Sequence record: NC_070882.1
Length of the DNA stretch: 64,000 bases
Strand: one strand, 5' to 3'
Position numbers and translations under genes: made by a program. Below are positions 28,532 through 38,085 of this stretch, in pieces (the first letter of the stretch is position 1; each line of letters begins with the position of its first letter). The notes under the pieces were generated by a model that ran no database searches, had not been told where the DNA came from, and saw nothing but the letters and a program-made list of their open reading frames with translations.

Positions 28532-28971
28532 TGACTGAGAAAGTCTCTAGTTCTATCCGTGTACCGCTTTACCAAATGGGTAAGAGCGATAAGCACTTCG
28601 CACAACATCTACGTATGCCTGTTTATCGGGTTGATATAGAAGGTGTTGGTTCGGTTCTGTCTAGTTATGTGAAGGTGGATTCCACGTTCAATATCTTTGC
28701 ACTCTGCGGTGGTGATGAAGACATTCGTAAACTGAAGATTGAAGAAGTCGCCTACGTTGATTCGGGTGATAATATTCTATTCCACAAAGTCACCGAACAC
28801 GATCCTATCGAAATTCGTCGCGATGGCCTTTTCCGTTTTGGTATGGTATCCAAGATGGATGGACTGCGGTGGGGAACTACCTTCGAAGTCGATGGTGTTA
28901 CTGGTCGTGCTGTGATCAAGATCGATCGGGAATCTCCGATTATCGGAGTTAAGTTCTCTCTGGTAGCTTAA
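28531..28971 (+). CDS. hypothetical protein
   Basis: TGATG-coupled; ends at a hairpin. Confidence 0.7.
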   Translation: MTEKVSSSIRVPLYQMGKSDKHFAQHLRMPVYRVDIEGVGSVLSSYVKVDSTFNIFALCGGDEDIRKLKIEEVAYVDSGDNILFHKVTEHDPIEIRRDGLFRFGMVSKMDGLRWGTTFEVDGVTGRAVIKIDRESPIIGVKFSLVA

Positions 28972-29030
28972 CATAGAGCTCTCCCTTCGGGGAGAGCATT
29001 ATGTCGTTACATTCAATTGTTTTAAAAGCC

Positions 29031-29038
29031 TATATTAC
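29031..29038 (+). promoter_or_regulatory. early promoter motif TATATTAC
   Basis: TTTAAAAGCC-TATATTAC-AA; near-identical context to 24261. Confidence 0.75.
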
Positions 29039-29064
29039 AAGCTTGGTCAACCGGGGAACATGTA

Positions 29065-29421
29065 ATGAAAGATATACTGATCCGTGAATCACGTAATGCG
29101 GCTGTAACTAGCGTCATGCGTATTTATTACGATCAACAACATAAGGCTGGTGTAACGACTGAAGCTGCAACGAATGCTATCGTTGATGCTTTCAACAATC
29201 GTTTCGACTTCAAAGCTGAACTGAGGGATAACGCAAACGATGAACGTCTGTTTGTTGTAAACTGTATCTTCGAGGGACGGGATCGCCGTTACCTCACTGT
29301 TTGGGTTGATCGTTCCACGGGTGAGATCAATGCACATGCAAATCACACTCTGAATTGGCCCGATGCAAATCGTTTCCAACGTGAACTAATCTCTGTCGCT
29401 GTAATTGCTTCAACGGTGTAA
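29065..29421 (+). CDS. hypothetical early protein
   Basis: Follows a promoter. Confidence 0.7.
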   Translation: MKDILIRESRNAAVTSVMRIYYDQQHKAGVTTEAATNAIVDAFNNRFDFKAELRDNANDERLFVVNCIFEGRDRRYLTVWVDRSTGEINAHANHTLNWPDANRFQRELISVAVIASTV

Positions 29422-29532
29422 AATGCAACAAGTTACAACAAGTAAACAAAAATATATCATCAACACGATACTCGACCAAAAATGGAGAGAGCGTAAAGAT
29501 GTAGTGACAGATAAAGCGAAAGGTAAAAAGAA

Positions 29533-29832
29533 ATGAACTTCAGTACTCTCATTAGTGATACAATGAAACTTAGTGCTAACCTGGCAAAGAACGATGTCGT
29601 TAAAGGCATGGTATTGCAGGCGGCCAGGGATATTTTTATTACCCGTACTGATAGAGAAAAAGGTTATACCGAAACAAAGTATGCCAATGAAGGTGATGAC
29701 CTTGAAATCATTTGCGAGGATGTAGATAATCCAGCTGGTGGTTTCCGGGTAATCAACCATGATAATTTCAATCAGATTGAAACCATCCCATTTAGTGAGA
29801 TGGAAGATACATTCAACGACTATGGCAAATAA
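29533..29832 (+). CDS. hypothetical protein, SH3-like
   Basis: YANEGDDLEII pattern. Confidence 0.65.
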   Translation: MNFSTLISDTMKLSANLAKNDVVKGMVLQAARDIFITRTDREKGYTETKYANEGDDLEIICEDVDNPAGGFRVINHDNFNQIETIPFSEMEDTFNDYGK

Positions 29833-29863
29833 ACATAGTTATCTCGATCAAGAGGAATAAACC

Positions 29864-30061
29864 ATGAGTGTTAAAGCTACTGCTCTGGAAAACATCACTG
29901 CCAACGTTAGTGATAGTGGGCCTGGTTTAATAATGGCAAATAAAGGTGATGAACTCAAGATCATTCGTAAGGTAAGCGGGGACACTTACGAGGTTGTTCT
30001 ATCGAGTGATCCTGAAGCTGTATCGTTCTATGCCTCCCGTAGTCAGATTGTCATTCATTAA
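29864..30061 (+). CDS. hypothetical protein, SH3-like
   Basis: RBS GAGGA; MANKGDELKII pattern. Confidence 0.7.
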   Translation: MSVKATALENITANVSDSGPGLIMANKGDELKIIRKVSGDTYEVVLSSDPEAVSFYASRSQIVIH

Positions 30062-30075
30062 TAGAGGATTCGAAA

Positions 30076-30600
30076 ATGAAAGTAGGTGATCAGTTCTATA
30101 CAACTACCACACTGCGCACGCAGGATAATCCGAATGTAACCTATCATCCTGGTTGGGTACTTACCCTCGAAAAAGAAATGGAAGGCACTACACTGTTTAT
30201 CGGTGTAGATAGCTGTGGACGTCGATTCGTGGTCGGACCTCATAATGGGGTAGCCACTGATATCCCAGTCGATCCTGAACTTTTCCGCCGTGCTGTTGCA
30301 CGAGGATATGATGGTAGCCCCGAGTTCTTCCGCAAAGGTTACAACCGTATCCTCGAAATGCAATTGAAGGTGGCGATGGAAGGTCGTCAGATCTTTATGA
30401 TTTCTGACGAAGCATTGGACAAAGCCATTCAACTCGACTCCGAAATGGAATCGATTGGTGTATTCGATCCTATGTATGAGCAACATAAAGCTAGCCGAGA
30501 TGCGTATCTCAACATGGCTGAGATTCTCAATAAGCTGGAATCGCTTGTTGTTACATACCGAGAAGAATCCCGTCTGCTCTTCCCAGAATACCACAAGTAA
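30076..30600 (+). CDS. hypothetical protein
   Basis: RBS GAGGA. Confidence 0.75.
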   Translation: MKVGDQFYTTTTLRTQDNPNVTYHPGWVLTLEKEMEGTTLFIGVDSCGRRFVVGPHNGVATDIPVDPELFRRAVARGYDGSPEFFRKGYNRILEMQLKVAMEGRQIFMISDEALDKAIQLDSEMESIGVFDPMYEQHKASRDAYLNMAEILNKLESLVVTYREESRLLFPEYHK

Positions 30601-30644
30601 TACTGGGCTGCTAAATGTAATAGTCATTTAGCAAGGATTTTGAA

Positions 30645-31004
30645 ATGCAACAGGCATTCCATGGTGAAACCCAATACAACAAATGGTCTTCGACTATCTG
30701 GGGTAGGGGGAAACGTAAAGATGTTGTAACGAATGGGTTGTACTGCATTGTCCATCTTGGGACCGGTAAGTTCGTCATGGGGCGAAGTAAAACAGTCTCT
30801 AAAGATGTAGACCAATTGATCGCACGCATTAAAGGACAAGCTAGCCCTTGGCCTAAGATGAATCGATTGATGGAAGGTGATCCAGAAAACAGCAATCTGG
30901 AATTGTTGGAGTTTCCTGCAAGTCAAGCAGAAGCCAAACAAATCGAAGGTCGCATTCGGATCGCCCTAAAAGAAACGAAGTATAGCTATCTGTTACTCAA
31001 TTGA
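30645..31004 (+). CDS. GIY-YIG-like protein
   Basis: GLYCIVHLGTGKFVMGRS resembles GIY-x-YIG; followed by hairpin 31003-31024. Confidence 0.55.
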   Translation: MQQAFHGETQYNKWSSTIWGRGKRKDVVTNGLYCIVHLGTGKFVMGRSKTVSKDVDQLIARIKGQASPWPKMNRLMEGDPENSNLELLEFPASQAEAKQIEGRIRIALKETKYSYLLLN

Positions 31005-31041
31005 GGACCTTCGGGTCCTCTTTATTCCCTTAGGAGCGAAC

Positions 31042-31686
31042 ATGTCTAATGTAGTTGATGTTGCAGGAACTGTATCTGGTATGGCCATTCAACCGAACAA
31101 CCCTGTATTCGAGATGTCGCATGTACTCGAACAAAAGGTAGCAGATATCCAGAAGGCGATTGTTAATCAATTCGAAGGTAATGACTACGTTATTTATACG
31201 CGTCGCGCTGACGAACTGCCGCAAGCACGTTTCACCATTGGTCTTGGTCGAACCGGGTTACCTGAATTTGTTACCATGGGTCTTACTGAAAAAGATTACG
31301 TGCGTGACATTTTCCGTGCAGCTGCTGTAGCCGCAGATACTGTCGATATTGAGGAACGGGATCTGTACAACGCTGGAGACTGGGCAGACTATCTGAACGA
31401 AAAGCTGTTGTCGACCAAAAATCTTCGCTACTATTATCGGTTCATTCCTATTGACTCAGAACAGTTCATGCATGGAGTTGGTTTGAACTGCGGCCGTTTT
31501 TACGGACCGAACTCCGACCGTGTACGTGTAGTGCAATTGATTTACTCCCTGGATGGGTATTTCCCTGATGAAGAAGGTTATCCTTCTAATCTCATCGATC
31601 AACCTATCCTCCCGCAAATCCCTTACGGTTACCCGCATCGTGCATCTGCACGTTTCGCTGATACCGATAACCGTTGGTTGAATTGA
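31042..31686 (+). CDS. DUF4262-like protein
   Basis: FTIGLGRTGLPEF, VQLIYS..GYFPDEEGY, QPIL. Confidence 0.65.
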   Translation: MSNVVDVAGTVSGMAIQPNNPVFEMSHVLEQKVADIQKAIVNQFEGNDYVIYTRRADELPQARFTIGLGRTGLPEFVTMGLTEKDYVRDIFRAAAVAADTVDIEERDLYNAGDWADYLNEKLLSTKNLRYYYRFIPIDSEQFMHGVGLNCGRFYGPNSDRVRVVQLIYSLDGYFPDEEGYPSNLIDQPILPQIPYGYPHRASARFADTDNRWLN

Positions 31687-31693
31687 GGTAAAC

Positions 31694-31924
31694 ATGGAAA
31701 AGAAATTCAAATGTGGTACGTTCATTCTCACCAATAATCAGGTAAAGAATGCCAAAGGTGAGATCTATATGGAAGCAGATCAGCCGGGTCGAATCATGGT
31801 AGTCGATCCGGCAAAAGCTCCATTGATGTATGGTATTCGTCGAGATGAAACCACCATCAATTACGTGTATGTCACTGAAACTGATATCCGTGTAAATCCG
31901 GCGTTCCCTCTACCAAGTCTGTGA
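31694..31924 (+). CDS. hypothetical protein
   Basis: RBS GAGGT. Confidence 0.7.
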   Translation: MEKKFKCGTFILTNNQVKNAKGEIYMEADQPGRIMVVDPAKAPLMYGIRRDETTINYVYVTETDIRVNPAFPLPSL

Positions 31925-31931
31925 GGTAAGC

Positions 31932-32291
31932 ATGGTATTTAACTGGGATACATCGGGAGCGAATAGTATTCGTAACCTGATGCTCCCCGTTCAATCGCCG
32001 TACTACATGAAGGTCTCGACCGAAGATGGTCGGGATCTTTTGTGGTTCGTTCGAAAGCGCGGTGAGAAGATCGCTGAATGGGTCACTTCTTATGTTAATG
32101 AGGAGTTGGTCCGGTGGAAAGACTTCAAAACAGCTCAGCTTATGCTGGCACATGTAACCACTCAACCTGACCTACCTAAGTTGATCCTGGCAATGGGTGA
32201 AACTCCGGGTAATTACAAAGTTAAACTTGTGTATCTCCGCGATCATGAGATTGCGGCAAGTACAACTATTTCAATCGCTAAAGAGGAATAA
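31932..32291 (+). CDS. hypothetical protein
   Basis: RBS GAGGT. Confidence 0.7.
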   Translation: MVFNWDTSGANSIRNLMLPVQSPYYMKVSTEDGRDLLWFVRKRGEKIAEWVTSYVNEELVRWKDFKTAQLMLAHVTTQPDLPKLILAMGETPGNYKVKLVYLRDHEIAASTTISIAKEE

Positions 32292-32294
32292 GTC

Positions 32295-32774
32295 ATGGCC
32301 TATAGCCTGGGTATCGCTGTACGTGATAGTTCGGTATTGATCGTCACCAACGATTTCAAATACGAGAACATTGTTCTGTTCAAACCTATCAATGGCATGA
32401 AGATCGAAGGTGCTTCTGTTCATCTGGTATGCATCTGCTTCGGTGACAAAGAGAAGCGTTCTCTGGTTCACGAGATCATGACCAACAACGAACGGACCGA
32501 CTACAGTCGTGAAGACATTCTGGCCATGATGACCGAGCATGGTGTGGAACTTCGCGTTATCGCCGACAAAGTGGTCCATGTATTCCAGAACATCCGGGAT
32601 GTGGCTACACACGGTATCATCGATTCCAATACCACTACCTTCTGGTTTGGCGATACGGAGCATCGTAAACTGTTCTTCCCGTATTGTGGTAAAGAAGGTA
32701 AACCTTTCCGTCAAGCTTATCGTGACGAAGAACTCTGTCGTGTATTCGAGTTCGTAACCGTTATCAACCTGTAA
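32295..32774 (+). CDS. hypothetical protein
   Basis: RBS GAGGA; ends at a hairpin. Confidence 0.75.
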   Translation: MAYSLGIAVRDSSVLIVTNDFKYENIVLFKPINGMKIEGASVHLVCICFGDKEKRSLVHEIMTNNERTDYSREDILAMMTEHGVELRVIADKVVHVFQNIRDVATHGIIDSNTTTFWFGDTEHRKLFFPYCGKEGKPFRQAYRDEELCRVFEFVTVINL

Positions 32775-32830
32775 CAACATAATTGCCCTCCTTCGGGAGG
32801 GCTTCTATTTCGTAAAGAGGAAAATCAAAA

Positions 32831-33211
32831 ATGAAACGTAAACTCGTAGATGTACAAGGTCTTCCCCGGCTTATCGTCGAACGTATCTCCAAACATCGCA
32901 TGCATCACCATAAGGATCGTGGTTGCAGTCCGCTGATTGTATTCGAACTGAATACCGCCCTCACTCGCATGGAAGTTCTTCTAGAGGCATTGTCTAAGAT
33001 TGATTTCTATGACATGTCTCTTGTTCATGATCAGATCTTGTTTGACACAGAAGACGGCGATAACATCATCGCTATCTTCACTTCTTTCCAACGTCAGTTT
33101 ATTGGACGCAATCCAACGACTGTTCTGCTTTTCGATGCAATCATCGACCTGTGTACTACTCTTCACATTCGTGACGAAGAGTGGTGGGTTGAATATAGCC
33201 GTTTCAATTAA
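32831..33211 (+). CDS. hypothetical protein
   Basis: RBS GAGGA. Confidence 0.75.
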   Translation: MKRKLVDVQGLPRLIVERISKHRMHHHKDRGCSPLIVFELNTALTRMEVLLEALSKIDFYDMSLVHDQILFDTEDGDNIIAIFTSFQRQFIGRNPTTVLLFDAIIDLCTTLHIRDEEWWVEYSRFN

Positions 33212-33228
33212 CCAAAAGGAATATACAA

Positions 33229-33744
33229 ATGAAACATATCGTAGTTTATGGTAAGCAGGGTGTAATCATCGCACGTGATAAAGCCAATGAAGATACGGAC
33301 ATCCGTTTCGACTGGGGTATGCGGCGAGAAGGCGAGGAAGATCTTGTAACCTATCGCGGTGAAACCGCGAAGCTTTTGGTTATCCAGTCTGGCGATTGGG
33401 CAGCAAATGAACTTGTCCGTAATCGTCTAAAAATTCTTGACTTTGGTGGAAATATCATCGATGTCGATATCATCGATGCTCTTACCGATGAGCTGGGGAA
33501 TCATAAAGGTGATATCTGTGTCGCTCTTTTTACTGACCATTCGGTAACCACATTCACCCGTGATTACTCTGACAACAGTACTAGGGTCATCACAGATATC
33601 TATCCCGAAACTGGTATGAGTTTCGTTAAGTCTCCTGACGTTGATCTCGATGGACTAGAGAACGCAGATACCTTCGATGAATTCTCTCAGTTGTTCTGGA
33701 AGGATCTTGATCTGATCATTAACGGATGGTACGAATTCAAATGA
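33229..33744 (+). CDS. hypothetical protein
   Basis: RBS AAGGA. Confidence 0.75.
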   Translation: MKHIVVYGKQGVIIARDKANEDTDIRFDWGMRREGEEDLVTYRGETAKLLVIQSGDWAANELVRNRLKILDFGGNIIDVDIIDALTDELGNHKGDICVALFTDHSVTTFTRDYSDNSTRVITDIYPETGMSFVKSPDVDLDGLENADTFDEFSQLFWKDLDLIINGWYEFK

Positions 33745-34184
33745 GTGCTTTCATTCCTCAATGGCGTCGTGACACCAATAACATCGACCATAAATACGGC
33801 TTCGAACTGGCTGCATACGGTAACACCAACGGTTCCGGTATCTATGCTTTCATCGAACGTCACGTCAAATACGTAAACAAGAAAAAGAAACAGGAACATG
33901 ATGAAGTTATTCAAGTAATTCATCTTGGTAAACCGTATATCCGTAACTGGGTACATTACCCGGTAATCAATTCTACTGATCTCGGTTTGTTGTTCGGTCA
34001 TGATGATGACATGCTTGACGATGCTTACAACCGTATTCAAACTGCGGAGTACGTATCGGTAGAGTTGATGGAATCTATTTCAAAAGAATATCAGGTCTAT
34101 ATCACAGCTGTGATTGACGATATCAAATACGTGTTCAGTCCTGAACGCACATTCAAGTCTGATGAGGGTTATGAAAATGGCTAA
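33741..34184 (+). CDS. hypothetical protein, weak GIY-YIG resemblance
   Basis: ATGA-coupled; SGIYAF...IHLGK. Confidence 0.6.
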   Translation: MSAFIPQWRRDTNNIDHKYGFELAAYGNTNGSGIYAFIERHVKYVNKKKKQEHDEVIQVIHLGKPYIRNWVHYPVINSTDLGLLFGHDDDMLDDAYNRIQTAEYVSVELMESISKEYQVYITAVIDDIKYVFSPERTFKSDEGYENG

Positions 34185-34695
34185 GTCTAAGGAACAGAAG
34201 AAAGCAGAAGCATTGGAACGTGGTCGTCATGCGTATCTGCGTGACAATCTTTACACCTTCTGCGGTTATATGCCTGGCGGTTCTCACTGGATTATTGACG
34301 GTGATCCGAACGAACAACTTGAAGGGATGTTGGTCCAATGCAAATTGGTGATGGATAAGGTGAAAGAGCTCAAGCTCGAAAATCTGACTGCCAACAAATC
34401 CATGTGGACCACCATGACAAGTTGGGATCCGCTGCATGTATTCACGTTCCTGATTGGACGTAAAGAAAATTTGTTGGAGTTGATCCGACAAATGCATGAT
34501 GCCCACTGCGCTGAAGTACCCGAGGGTGATCCGTGCCGCCGTGATCTTTACGGTAATGGTTTCGTTCGGGAAGAAGAACTGAATAAGTTCGTTAAATGGT
34601 TGAAAGTAAGTCATCCGAAGTTCTTCACCACCTACAACTGGATGTCCTATAACGAAATTATCAAACCCGTCCAACCTAAAGTTACAACTGCTTAA
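34177..34695 (+). CDS. hypothetical protein
   Basis: RBS GAGG; MAKSKEQKKAEAL. Confidence 0.7.
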   Translation: MAKSKEQKKAEALERGRHAYLRDNLYTFCGYMPGGSHWIIDGDPNEQLEGMLVQCKLVMDKVKELKLENLTANKSMWTTMTSWDPLHVFTFLIGRKENLLELIRQMHDAHCAEVPEGDPCRRDLYGNGFVREEELNKFVKWLKVSHPKFFTTYNWMSYNEIIKPVQPKVTTA

Positions 34696-34721
34696 TTCCA
34701 TCAAGCCCTGAGGAAATAGAA

Positions 34722-35177
34722 ATGCCTAAAGTTAATTCCATGCTCGAAAACAAACTCCGTGATCTGGCCAAGGACGAGCGTTACTACGCTGTGCTGACCG
34801 AACTGTTCCCGGCCATGATGCGTACCATGCCGTCTGGTCTGAACTACAAACCTGGTCGTGAAGGTGTTGTCGAGTTCCATCATCGCCTGGCTGAACTGAA
34901 TGACATCGTTCGTGAGATTGATGTCAGTTGGGGTGGTATGCCGATTGAAGACGAACCTTTCGTTAAATTGGCTACCATCGATTCTCTGGTGGTTCTTTCC
35001 ACTCCGGCTGGTGTCCGTAAGTATGTTCACCAATGGCGTGATATCTGTAAAGCGCTGGAACTACCGGCAGACTCTGATGTATGGCGTGCACGTCAACCTG
35101 AAGGGGTTGATATGAAATCTGTCTGGGCTGAGTTCCAGGAGGAACTCATTGCTTATCTACGCGAGGTAGTAGTCTAA
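34722..35177 (+). CDS. hypothetical protein (paralog of 35177)
   Basis: RBS GAGGA; alignable with the next gene. Confidence 0.75.
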   Translation: MPKVNSMLENKLRDLAKDERYYAVLTELFPAMMRTMPSGLNYKPGREGVVEFHHRLAELNDIVREIDVSWGGMPIEDEPFVKLATIDSLVVLSTPAGVRKYVHQWRDICKALELPADSDVWRARQPEGVDMKSVWAEFQEELIAYLREVVV

Positions 35178-35638
35178 TGGCTAAAGCAACCACCAACCCC
35201 ATTATCCAGGAAAAACTGAACGAACTGCGATACGATAGCGACTGGCTTTACTACATGTCTATCCAATTTCCGAGTTGGATGTCCATGACGCCCGGAGCAT
35301 CGAACTATAAAAACAGCATGACTCCAGATGAGTATTACGCACATATCCAAGCCTGGCGTTCGATGACGGATGATCTGATTCGTGTCCGTGAGGTTCTTGG
35401 TATCAGCATGAGCGGAATGACCAGTGAAACTCTGGTTCATTTGGATGTTAATGAAGTTATGCGTGAGTTCAGTCTGTCGGCTACACTGCGTAACCATCGG
35501 AACCAATGGAAAGCTAATATGCTTTACCTAGGTCTTGATTGCGGCGACCACCTCTGGCGTCCAAAAGAAAGAGAGCTGGTGGTTGGTCAAACTGAGTGGG
35601 CTCGTTTCCGCGAGGCCATCATCAATGGCGTTTACTAA
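35177..35638 (+). CDS. hypothetical protein (paralog of 34722)
   Basis: TAATG-coupled. Confidence 0.75.
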   Translation: MAKATTNPIIQEKLNELRYDSDWLYYMSIQFPSWMSMTPGASNYKNSMTPDEYYAHIQAWRSMTDDLIRVREVLGISMSGMTSETLVHLDVNEVMREFSLSATLRNHRNQWKANMLYLGLDCGDHLWRPKERELVVGQTEWARFREAIINGVY

Positions 35639-35647
35639 GGAACTAAA

Positions 35648-36241
35648 ATGAAAAAGCTTACTCTGGAAGCCCTCCGAGGCAAACTACATGCAATGGCTTT
35701 TCTGCGGGTCAACTATCATGGTTGGATCATTCAACGTAATCGTGCAGCTGGCTACGATTTGATTAATATCGTTTATGACGATACCGCTATCCTGGTAGGT
35801 ACAGACGATCCCAAGCGGATTGGTTCTTTCAACAAATGGATGTCGGGTGTAGAGAAAGGTTATCTCGAACCGGTTAATGCCACCATTCGAAAGATGTATT
35901 TGTCTCCTGAAGCTTTAGTCATGAATGGTGATTCCGAGGGTATGGATCTGAATGATCACCTCGGTTTCATCGGAGACGTACTTGGTAAGAATATCCAGGT
36001 CATAAAAGATGCTCGTCGTGAAAACAGTTTTGGTCATTATGTTCTAAAAGATGACAAGCTGTGGTACGTACACTACATGCCAAGTATCTACAAAGTCAAT
36101 ACGGGTGAAATGTTGTTCACCTGTTTTGAAGGTGAATACAAAAGTATTCCAGAATATCCGCAAACTTACGCTCCGGTAAGAATGCAGTTCAAGGTCGAAT
36201 ATAACCTTTCTGGTCGAGTGGAGCATCATGATGGAGACTAA
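35648..36241 (+). CDS. hypothetical protein
   Basis: RBS AAGGA. Confidence 0.75.
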   Translation: MKKLTLEALRGKLHAMAFLRVNYHGWIIQRNRAAGYDLINIVYDDTAILVGTDDPKRIGSFNKWMSGVEKGYLEPVNATIRKMYLSPEALVMNGDSEGMDLNDHLGFIGDVLGKNIQVIKDARRENSFGHYVLKDDKLWYVHYMPSIYKVNTGEMLFTCFEGEYKSIPEYPQTYAPVRMQFKVEYNLSGRVEHHDGD

Positions 36242-36740
36242 GAAATCAACGAAGACGCGTCGGCAGACTGCTGCATTTAAAAGAGCATTCGAGGCCTGGA
36301 TGGTAATGGTTCGTAAGTTCCATTCTTATTCTGGTAAAGGCATACCAGACGTAGATGTGATGACTGACCTTCTCCATTGTCACAGGAATCTTCTGTGCGT
36401 GGCGAAAGAAAACGGCATCTACATGGATGTGATGGGTGTAGACCCTGCTAACCACACTGTCTATGAACATGCGAGCTGGTTGCTTTCGTATTCCTATTGG
36501 GACACGATCGTACATCTGAACTTTCAACTACCAAAGAACAAGTTTAAAATCTGGTCAGAATATCCCGTCAGTGAACGACGCGCTTTCGGGAAGGCACTTA
36601 ATGTGCTTGCACTGGCTTTTAAACATTACGATGAACACAAAGAATTCCTTCGTGAATTTAGGGATATTAAAAATGGCAAAAACGCAAAAGCAGAAAGCGC
36701 TGGAAGCAGCGACCCGGAAGCTGATCAAGTTCTACAGTGA
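36228..36740 (+). CDS. hypothetical protein (paralog of 36673)
   Basis: A.E.G..+D++GV and Y.WD.I..LN shared with the next gene. Confidence 0.7.
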   Translation: MMETKKSTKTRRQTAAFKRAFEAWMVMVRKFHSYSGKGIPDVDVMTDLLHCHRNLLCVAKENGIYMDVMGVDPANHTVYEHASWLLSYSYWDTIVHLNFQLPKNKFKIWSEYPVSERRAFGKALNVLALAFKHYDEHKEFLREFRDIKNGKNAKAESAGSSDPEADQVLQ

Positions 36741-37119
36741 TACGTTTCCGATGTTGATCGTAGCTATCGAAATGTGCGAGGGCGATGGTTTCGACCATCG
36801 CCCTCGTGCGGTATTCGATGCCTATAAAAAGACCTGTAAGATGGCAGAAGAAGCAGGAGTTGATCTTAGCCTCTATGGGGTCAAGCTAACTGACGTGGAT
36901 ACGTTCACTAGTTTCCGCTGGTTCATTGAAGGTGACTATATCTGGGACATGATCAGGAAGCTCAATAAGGCGAAATATGATCAGGTTTCAGATCTTCCTC
37001 GTTTGACCGAATGGAGCGAGTTGGACAGTCATCAAAAACTTCAGTTCACTCAAGGTCGTAATTACATTATCGATCGGCTTAAAGAAAAAGTCACTTACGA
37101 TCGATTCAGAAACTATTAA
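36673..37119 (+). CDS. hypothetical protein (paralog of 36228)
   Basis: Start MAKTQKQK; overlaps the upstream gene by 68 nt. Confidence 0.7.
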   Translation: MAKTQKQKALEAATRKLIKFYSDTFPMLIVAIEMCEGDGFDHRPRAVFDAYKKTCKMAEEAGVDLSLYGVKLTDVDTFTSFRWFIEGDYIWDMIRKLNKAKYDQVSDLPRLTEWSELDSHQKLQFTQGRNYIIDRLKEKVTYDRFRNY

Positions 37120-37132
37120 AAGGAGATTGAAA

Positions 37133-37648
37133 ATGACTAAGACTCTTCATGTCGTACGTGTCCGGGACGGTATCGTCGATAGCCTCAATAACGAGGGTTT
37201 GTGGATCGACAAACATGTAAACTGTCTTGAAGACAAATGGGAAGCTTACAAGCAGACCGTTCAGTTTCAAAGCATGAACTGGGGTACTCTGTATTTCGTT
37301 AACGAGGTCGATCCGAGCACTGGTGGTGACCTTACTCCTTATCGTTATCATGAAGTATGGATCTGCCAGCGGGGCGTTGTACAGAAGCTGGATCTTGTCG
37401 GTGATCTCGAAACTGGTATGATTGGTCCTGACCATGTCGTTGCGATTGTAACTACAAACGACGGCATGGAATATGGTTTCGTAAACAGTGTCTGGGGTGA
37501 TCGTCTGGATCACAGTCATTACTACGGGGATGCTATTATGCTCCCTTGTGAGAACGCCCAAGAGGCTGCTGCTGTAAACCGCATCCTGGAGAAACTGTCG
37601 AATGGGATTACTTTGTCTGTCCCTCTTGTAATGAAGCGGATCAAATAA
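37133..37648 (+). CDS. hypothetical protein
   Basis: RBS AAGGAG. Confidence 0.75.
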   Translation: MTKTLHVVRVRDGIVDSLNNEGLWIDKHVNCLEDKWEAYKQTVQFQSMNWGTLYFVNEVDPSTGGDLTPYRYHEVWICQRGVVQKLDLVGDLETGMIGPDHVVAIVTTNDGMEYGFVNSVWGDRLDHSHYYGDAIMLPCENAQEAAAVNRILEKLSNGITLSVPLVMKRIK

Positions 37649-37661
37649 AGGAGTACTTCAC

Positions 37662-38021
37662 ATGGACTACAAATGGCACGGTAAGTTCGTTGTAGAGATT
37701 CATGGTAATGGCTGTAGGAATGGATCTGGCACGAGTTACCTGGTACGTGAAGGTTCTAAAAAACACGATCAGCGTGACTATGCTATTATCTCCCGTATCG
37801 GTTTCCAGGATACTCTGTTACTCGAAGAGCATGAGGTTGAAGACTACCTGAATAACGTAGCTCCTTCGATCGCACATGCCATTTGGGAGTCCGAAGGGCG
37901 GCCGAGTGATAACCGCATGAATATCCGTGCTCTACGTATAGACATGGACAGTCTGTTCAATAGGTTCCAGATTTATTCTGGAAGTCCTATCGATATGGAT
38001 GATAGCTACAAGGCCGTGTAA
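37662..38021 (+). CDS. hypothetical protein
   Basis: RBS AAGGAG. Confidence 0.75.
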   Translation: MDYKWHGKFVVEIHGNGCRNGSGTSYLVREGSKKHDQRDYAIISRIGFQDTLLLEEHEVEDYLNNVAPSIAHAIWESEGRPSDNRMNIRALRIDMDSLFNRFQIYSGSPIDMDDSYKAV

Positions 38022-38085
38022 GGCTCATAGACGATGGATGTTGTAAAAGGCATCCATCGTATGAGTTTATCAAGAGAAACGCATC

